Below the pieces are notes generated by a model that worked only from the letters and a program-made list of their open reading frames with translations, was not told where the DNA came from and did no database searches. The position numbers and the translations under genes were made by a program. A stretch of DNA of 5,591 nt, from IMG/VR virus record IMGVR_UViG_3300038540_000013, positions 1 through 5,591 of that record. The stretch is one strand, 5' to 3'. The DNA is from a virus. Of this stretch, positions 1 through 4,566 are shown one piece after another; the first letter of the stretch is position 1; each line of letters starts with the position of its first letter.

Positions 1-107
1 ATTACGACCAAATAAGAAATATATAATGAACAAAAAAAATGGGGGCAATGTCCCCATTTGCATTGATGAAAGGGTCAAATACGTACCTACAAAATGCGGA
101 AACTGTA
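1..107. repeat. Terminal direct repeat, copy 1 (circular-assembly overlap)
   Basis: Bases 1..107 are identical base-for-base to 5485..5591 at an offset of 5484 nt. The repeat runs through the rep start codon, as expected for a linearised circle. Confidence 0.95.
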
Positions 108-1111
108 TGGAATGCAGAAAAGCGAAAGCAAGAGAATGGAGAGTTAGATTACTAGAAGATCTAAAAGAACATAAAAACGGAATAATGATAACACTAACAT
201 TTAGCAATGAAAGTATAAGAGAATTAGCAACAGATAAATTAGTGAAAGGATTAACAGGATATACAAAGGATAATAAAATAGCAAAATTAGCATTAAGAAG
301 ATGGTTAGAAAGATGGAGACAAAGAAGGGGCAAAGATGGGAAAAGTCTAAGACATTGGTTAGTCACAGAATTAGGAAGCGGAGAAACGGAACATTTGCAC
401 CTACACGGAATAGTATGGACAAATGAAGGAATAGAAGAAATAAGAAAAAGATGGAAATACGGAAATGTATGGCATGGGACATGGGTAAATGAACAAACAA
501 TAAACTATAGTACAAAATATGTATACAAAATAGATGAAAAACATAAAAACTACAAAAGCATAGTTTTAACAAGTGATGGAATAGGAAAAAACTATTTAAA
601 CAGAACAGACAAAGATAAGAATACATACAAAGAAAATAAAACAAGAGAACACTACAAAACAAGTACAGGGCATAAAATAGCAATGCCAATATACTGGAGA
701 AATAAAATATACAATGAAGAAGAAAGGGAAAAATTATGGATAGAAAAGTTAGACAAAAAATTAAGATGGGTAGATGGGCAAAAAATAGACATAAGCAACG
801 GAGAGGAAGAATACTGGAAAGCACTAAAAGAAGCACAAAAGAAAAACAAAAAACTAGGATATGGAGATGATAATAAAGATTGGGATGCAATAAAATACGA
901 AAACGCATTAAGACAATTAAAAATAAACGAAAGAATAAAAAAAGGGTATATACGGGGCAATAGCGATACAAAAACAAAGGTACAGAACAACAGTAACACA
1001 GATAAAGATAGCAAAGGAAAAGCAAAAATTAACATAGATCAGCATAAGGAAAGTAAATACCCTACGGGTGGGGATAGCATAAAATGGGGGACAAGTAAGG
1101 AATGGGAATAA
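26..1111 (+). CDS. VP4: Replication initiation protein (Microviridae VP4 / phiX A-like HUH rolling-circle endonuclease)
   Basis: 361-aa ORF. It has the N-terminal Cys cluster CGNCMECRKAKAREW typical of microvirus VP4. RCR motif I is ITLTF (nt 188..202). The HUH motif is HLHLHGIVW (nt 392..418). The catalytic Tyr motif is YSTKYVYK (nt 506..529), and SDGIGKNYL lies downstream. The C-terminal ~70 aa are a K/N-rich low-complexity tail. Confidence 0.93.
   Translation: MNKKNGGNVPICIDERVKYVPTKCGNCMECRKAKAREWRVRLLEDLKEHKNGIMITLTFSNESIRELATDKLVKGLTGYTKDNKIAKLALRRWLERWRQRRGKDGKSLRHWLVTELGSGETEHLHLHGIVWTNEGIEEIRKRWKYGNVWHGTWVNEQTINYSTKYVYKIDEKHKNYKSIVLTSDGIGKNYLNRTDKDKNTYKENKTREHYKTSTGHKIAMPIYWRNKIYNEEEREKLWIEKLDKKLRWVDGQKIDISNGEEEYWKALKEAQKKNKKLGYGDDNKDWDAIKYENALRQLKINERIKKGYIRGNSDTKTKVQNNSNTDKDSKGKAKINIDQHKESKYPTGGDSIKWGTSKEWE
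37..59 (+). other. GC-cored stem-loop inside the rep 5' end (duplicated at 5521..5543 by the assembly overlap)
   Basis: AAATGGGGGC (37..46), loop AAT, GTCCCCATTT (50..59). That gives 10 pairs with one G:T wobble (45:51), or a perfect 8-bp stem (37..44/52..59) with a 7-nt loop. It starts 9 nt after the rep ATG. The G5/C4 runs stand out in an A-rich genome. Function is unknown. Confidence 0.5.
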
Positions 1112-1188
1112 ATAAAAATTGGAATTAAAAAAAAAATATAAATTAGCGTCAAGAAAAATTAACTGAATGTTAAACAAGAATTTAAAAC

Positions 1189-1560
1189 ATGAAACTAACA
1201 AAAAATTTCAAATCAGAAGAATTCGGGTGCAATGGGAAAGATTTACCAAAAAACCTAATCAAAAACTGTACAAGGGTTGCAGAAGTATTAGAAGTAATAA
1301 GAGAGTTCTTCCAAAAACCAGTTATAATATCTTCAGGATATAGAACATTAAGTCACAATAAAAAAATAGGAGGTAAAGAAAACAGCAAGCATTTAAAAGC
1401 ATTAGCAGCAGACTTTAGAATAAATGGCGTGAAGCATGACCGAATATCTAAGGCAATAGCTTTTCTAACAGGAATTGGAAAGCTAAAACAAATAGAATAC
1501 ACATACTTTAACGAAGAAAGAAACTTCACTCACATTCAACTATATGACAACAAAAACTAA
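1189..1560 (+). CDS. Zinc D-Ala-D-Ala carboxypeptidase-fold cell-wall peptidase (Peptidase_M15_3-like), putative endolysin
   Basis: 123-aa ORF. N-terminal LTKNFKSEEFGC matches the family hallmark (F..EF.C). The core SGYRTLSHNKKIGGKENSKHLKALAADF matches SGYR....N...GG..S.H..G.A.D with G replaced by A. C-terminal FTHIQL supplies the third ligand. Predicted Zn ligands are H68 (nt 1390..1392), D75 (1411..1413) and H115 (1531..1533). There is no signal peptide or TM segment. Confidence 0.85.
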   Translation: MKLTKNFKSEEFGCNGKDLPKNLIKNCTRVAEVLEVIREFFQKPVIISSGYRTLSHNKKIGGKENSKHLKALAADFRINGVKHDRISKAIAFLTGIGKLKQIEYTYFNEERNFTHIQLYDNKN

Positions 1561-1627
1561 TTGGAAAAAAATCTTAGCAGACATTCTTAAAATCATTGCA
1601 GGATTATTAGCAGGAACACAAATCTAA
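1544..1627 (+). CDS. Candidate micro-ORF, 27-aa amphipathic/hydrophobic peptide (MTTKTNWKKILADILKIIAGLLAGTQI)
   Basis: Hand-translated; it is below the ORF-track size cutoff. The ATG at 1544 lies 17 nt inside the 3' end of the peptidase gene in another frame, and the stop TAA is at 1625..1627. It fills most of the otherwise unexplained 1561..1639 gap. This is a T-enriched patch in an A-rich strand. Polar residues K9/D13/K16/G20 fall on one helical face. There is no obvious A-tract leader. Confidence 0.3.
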   Translation: MTTKTNWKKILADILKIIAGLLAGTQI

Positions 1628-1639
1628 CAACAATGAAAA

Positions 1640-1852
1640 ATGAGCACAGAAACAAAGGTTCACCGCTGGACAAGTAAATCTCAATACTTCAATATAGAAA
1701 ACGGGGAGGAGATAACTAAGCAAAACGCTTTAAAAAATTATAATATACTTAGAACAATCAAAAAAACTAAAATCGAATACAACAATGGATATATTGAATA
1801 CTGGCACGAATGCCAAAGAAAAAACCAGCTTAGTATCTGGGGAAATCCGTAA
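1640..1852 (+). CDS. Hypothetical protein (70 aa, mildly basic), ORFan to my eye
   Basis: A + strand ORF that fits tightly into the gene array, with an A-rich leader (caatgaaaaATG) like the other genes. I recognise no motif. Confidence 0.55.
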   Translation: MSTETKVHRWTSKSQYFNIENGEEITKQNALKNYNILRTIKKTKIEYNNGYIEYWHECQRKNQLSIWGNP

Positions 1853-1865
1853 AGGAGAAGAATTA

Positions 1866-2084
1866 ATGAAAAGCGAAATGATACCTAACACACCATTTGT
1901 AGCAAAATGGATTGAAACAGTGGGATGGTTCGCAGTATGCGGAAAGTACAGACTAACAGAACCATTTGAAACAGAAGCTGAACTAATAGCACATGTGGAG
2001 AAACGACCGTGGGACATGATCATAGCTTTAATGAACATAGTACAAATAGAAAACTTAAACTTAATAGAAGAAACAACTAAATAA
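1866..2084 (+). CDS. Hypothetical protein (72 aa from ATG 1866; ORF open from ATG 1785 = 99 aa), acidic
   Basis: ATG 1866 is preceded by AAAGGAG (1851..1857) at 8-nt spacing. It starts just after the upstream ORF stop (1850..1852), so the genes do not overlap. The 1785 start would overlap the previous ORF by 68 nt. I recognise no motif. Confidence 0.55.
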   Translation: MKSEMIPNTPFVAKWIETVGWFAVCGKYRLTEPFETEAELIAHVEKRPWDMIIALMNIVQIENLNLIEETTK

Positions 2085-2092
2085 TAAAAAAA

Positions 2093-4048
2093 ATGACAAT
2101 GAAAGTAAACATAGGCGGGAACCGCTTAGGAAGCGGAAGCAAAATGAAAGTAGATATGCGGACATATAACCGCAGCAATCACAACTTAAGTACAATAGTA
2201 AGAACAACAATGGCACCCGGGACACTAGTGCCATTTTTAAGTTTAGTCGGACTACCAGGGGACACATTTGACATAAACCTAGATTGCGATGTGATGACAC
2301 ATCCAACAATAGGGCCGTTATTCGGAAGCTATAAAGTACAATTAGACGTGTTCACAGTACCAGTAAGATTATACAACGGAAAACTACACAACAACGCTCT
2401 AAACATAGGATTAAACATGAGCAGTATAAAACTGCCATTGATTGAAATGGAAGCAAGCCCGTTAGACATAACAAAAGATCCTGACAACCAACAAATAAAC
2501 CCTAGTTGTATATTCAAATACTTGGGAATAAGCGGACTAGGTAGAGGAACAGACACAACACTAAAAAGGTACTTTAATGCAATACCATATATAGGATATT
2601 GGGACATATATAAAAATTTCTACGCGAACAAACAAGAAGAAATAGGAGCAGTAATACATAACGTACCAAATTCAACTGCTAAAAGTATAGACGAAGTAAG
2701 GCTAGTATGGGTAGGAACAGGGAATAATGTATTTCCCGAAGCACCAATAACAGTAGGACTAGACGTAGACGTAATAGGATTAGATTATATGGAAATAGAC
2801 TATATAGGAACACCACCAACTCTAAGTCAAATAATAATAAATACAGATCTAGGAGAATTTAGTGTAGAAGATATGTTTCTAACAAAAACAGATACAGCAG
2901 GAACAATAAAATGTTCAGGGAATATAAGTGGAGGAGTGTGGATAAATTGGAGATATGCAGATCCAACAGACCTCGGAGATGAAGTACCACAAGTATACAC
3001 ATTCCCGCTAGAAAACATAGACACAATGAGACAATCATTCTTATCAAACACGTTCCTAACAACACCAGTACTAATAACAGATGAAGTAATAGAACCATTT
3101 GGTCTACCATTAAAAAAAACAGGAACGGGGGAAAGTACAAGATGGAGTAAACTAACAAACCTAGAAGGACTAGCATTAAAAACATATCAGAGTGATATGT
3201 TTAATAACTGGTTAGAAACGGAATGGATAGATGGAACAAACGGAATTGCAGAAATAACAAGTGTTGATACAACAGGAAACAGTTTCACAATAGACGCCTT
3301 AAACCTAGCAAGTAAACTATACACACTATTAAACAGGGTTGCAATGAGTGATGGCACATACAAAAGCTGGATAGAAACAGTATATACAAGTGGAGGATTT
3401 TGGAGAGCAGAAACACCAATGTATATAGGAGGATTAAGTAAAGAACTAGTATTCCAAGAGGTAATAAGCAACGCAGAAACATCAGATCAACCACTAGGAA
3501 CATTAGCAGGTAGAGGAAAACTAACTAACAAACACAAAGGAGGTCATATCATAGTAAAGCCTGACGAAATAATGTATATCATGGGAATAATAAGCATAAC
3601 ACCAAGAATAGACTATAGTCAGGGAAACACATGGGATATGAATTTACTAACAATGGATGACTTCCATAAACCTCAACTAGATGGAATAGGATTCCAAGAC
3701 CTAATAACTGATGGAATGGCATATTGGGACACAACAGTTGATGACGAAGGAAATGTAACATATAAAAGCGCAGGTAAACAACCAGCATGGTTAAACTACA
3801 TGACAAACGTAAACAGAACGTATGGAAACTTCGCAATAAAAAACAATGAAATGTTTATGACATTAAACAGAAGATATGAATTTGACGCAACAGATGGCAT
3901 AGTTGATCTAACAACATACGTAGATCCGATAAAATTCAATGATATATTTGCACAAACAGACCGAGGAGCTCAAAACTTTTGGGTACAAATTGGAGCAGAT
4001 ATAGAAGCAAGAAGAGTCATGAGTGCAAAAGTAATACCAAACTTATAA
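2093..4048 (+). CDS. VP1: Major capsid protein (Microviridae VP1 / F-like)
   Basis: 651-aa ORF. N-terminal RSNHNLSTIVRTTMAPGTLVPF..LPGDTF...DVFTVPVRLY matches the conserved microvirus capsid N-terminus. Later blocks also match: AIPYIGYWDIYKNFY, LASKLYTLLNRVAMSDGTYKSWIETVY....PMYIGG, PLGTLAGRG, IMGIISITPRIDYSQG and KPQLDGIGFQDL. An alternative start is ATG 2099. Confidence 0.95.
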   Translation: MTMKVNIGGNRLGSGSKMKVDMRTYNRSNHNLSTIVRTTMAPGTLVPFLSLVGLPGDTFDINLDCDVMTHPTIGPLFGSYKVQLDVFTVPVRLYNGKLHNNALNIGLNMSSIKLPLIEMEASPLDITKDPDNQQINPSCIFKYLGISGLGRGTDTTLKRYFNAIPYIGYWDIYKNFYANKQEEIGAVIHNVPNSTAKSIDEVRLVWVGTGNNVFPEAPITVGLDVDVIGLDYMEIDYIGTPPTLSQIIINTDLGEFSVEDMFLTKTDTAGTIKCSGNISGGVWINWRYADPTDLGDEVPQVYTFPLENIDTMRQSFLSNTFLTTPVLITDEVIEPFGLPLKKTGTGESTRWSKLTNLEGLALKTYQSDMFNNWLETEWIDGTNGIAEITSVDTTGNSFTIDALNLASKLYTLLNRVAMSDGTYKSWIETVYTSGGFWRAETPMYIGGLSKELVFQEVISNAETSDQPLGTLAGRGKLTNKHKGGHIIVKPDEIMYIMGIISITPRIDYSQGNTWDMNLLTMDDFHKPQLDGIGFQDLITDGMAYWDTTVDDEGNVTYKSAGKQPAWLNYMTNVNRTYGNFAIKNNEMFMTLNRRYEFDATDGIVDLTTYVDPIKFNDIFAQTDRGAQNFWVQIGADIEARRVMSAKVIPNL

Positions 4049-4052
4049 AAAA

Positions 4053-4391
4053 ATGAAAGCATACAAATTAAACAAAAGTGTCAAAACGTCACTAAGAGTG
4101 AACGAAAGCATAGAAGGCGAAACAATAGAGCAAAAAATAGAGCGAATTATAAACAATAAAGAGCCTATAAAAGATGGAGCGCCTATAATATTCACAGAAA
4201 GAAAAGATGGAGTAAGACCCGAACACGACATAAGAACAGATAGATGGGATGTAGCAATAGATATGTCAGACAAGGGAGCAAAAGACGCTTTAGCTAAAAG
4301 AAAGGCATACTTGCAAGGAGATAAAAATGACGGCAAAGCCGAATCAACACATGGTGGAGATAAACCATCAGGAGAGGTAATCAGCACGTAA
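4053..4391 (+). CDS. Small conserved-looking virion-module protein, possibly internal scaffolding (VP3-like)
   Basis: 112-aa ORF starting 4 nt after the VP1 stop, behind the same ATAAAAAA leader. The block EPIKDGAPIIFTERKDGVRPEHDIRTDRWDVA resembles a block I recall from small proteins of gut microviruses. The functional call is inferred from size, charge and position next to VP1. Confidence 0.7.
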   Translation: MKAYKLNKSVKTSLRVNESIEGETIEQKIERIINNKEPIKDGAPIIFTERKDGVRPEHDIRTDRWDVAIDMSDKGAKDALAKRKAYLQGDKNDGKAESTHGGDKPSGEVIST

Positions 4392-4406
4392 AATCAATCA
4401 AAAATT

Positions 4407-4458
4407 AAAGAGTGCTACGCATGTGTTCTATATTATCAAGAAACAGCTAGCACTCTTT
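4407..4458 (+). other. Long imperfect stem-loop in the main non-coding region (candidate terminator/attenuator or complementary-strand origin)
   Basis: The outer stem is a perfect 11 bp: AAAGAGTGCTA (4407..4417) with TAGCACTCTTT (4448..4458). The inner extension pairs 4419-4420/4446-4447, 4422-4424/4443-4445 and 4426-4429/4439-4442, with single-nt bulges at 4418, 4421 and 4425. The loop is 9 nt (4430..4438). Total is about 20 bp. The 3' arm runs into TTTT (4456..4459). Confidence 0.45.
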
Positions 4459-4473
4459 TAAAAAAGAGCGAAA

Positions 4474-4566
4474 ATGAAAACAACAAATAAAGAAACAATA
4501 ATAGGAAGCATAATAACATTAGTTATACTAACATTAATAACCTTAATAATAAAAAAATGGAATTAG
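4474..4566 (+). CDS. Candidate micro-ORF, 30-aa single-pass membrane peptide (MKTTNKETIIGSIITLVILTLITLIIKKWN)
   Basis: Hand-translated; it is below the ORF-track size cutoff. The leader gagcgaaaaATG is A-rich like the other genes. An 18-residue uncharged core IIGSIITLVILTLITLII is flanked by K/E at the N-terminus and KKWN at the C-terminus. The stop TAG at 4564..4566 overlaps the VP2 start (4557) by 10 nt. This is a locally T-enriched segment in an A-rich strand. Confidence 0.4.
   Translation: MKTTNKETIIGSIITLVILTLITLIIKKWN

Noticed and set aside
893-1108. K/N/D-rich low-complexity C-terminal tail of Rep (about residues 290..361) as a possible separate domain or hidden overlapping gene
   Set aside because: I found no alternative-frame ORF of meaningful length there. 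The composition mirrors the genome-wide A bias, and it is probably a disordered tail. It is not testable from sequence alone.
1127-1136. A10 homopolymer in the rep-peptidase spacer, and an A8 run in rep codons 3..5 (32..39), as possible slippage or phase-variation sites
   Set aside because: A-runs are a general property of this A-rich genome and of its start-site leaders. There is no evidence of an alternative frame that a slip would open.
1167-1343. A 58-codon + strand ORF (MLNKNLKHETNKKFQIRRIRVQWERFTKKPNQKLYKGCRSIRSNKRVLPKTSYNIFRI) overlapping the 5' half of the peptidase gene in another frame. It is very basic and superficially like a phiX J / ORF8-type DNA-binding protein.
   Set aside because: In an A-rich sequence any frame is enriched in AAA/AGA/AAG codons, so the basic character is compositional. 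By rough estimate an open frame of this length is expected about once by chance among all off-frame ATGs in the genome. I would only revisit it if it is conserved in relatives.
1785-1865. N-terminal extension of the 1866..2084 ORF (99-aa version starting at ATG 1785)
   Set aside because: It would overlap the preceding ORF by 68 nt, and it has neither an A-tract nor an SD leader. ATG 1866 follows AAAGGAG at ideal spacing and starts right after the upstream stop. The longer form cannot be excluded.
3943-3950. TATATTTG matches the Bacteroides -7 promoter consensus TAnnTTTG, about 100 nt upstream of the 4053 gene
   Set aside because: I find no TTTG -33 element at the expected spacing, and the site lies inside the VP1 coding sequence. 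An 8-mer with two free positions is expected by chance in AT-rich DNA.
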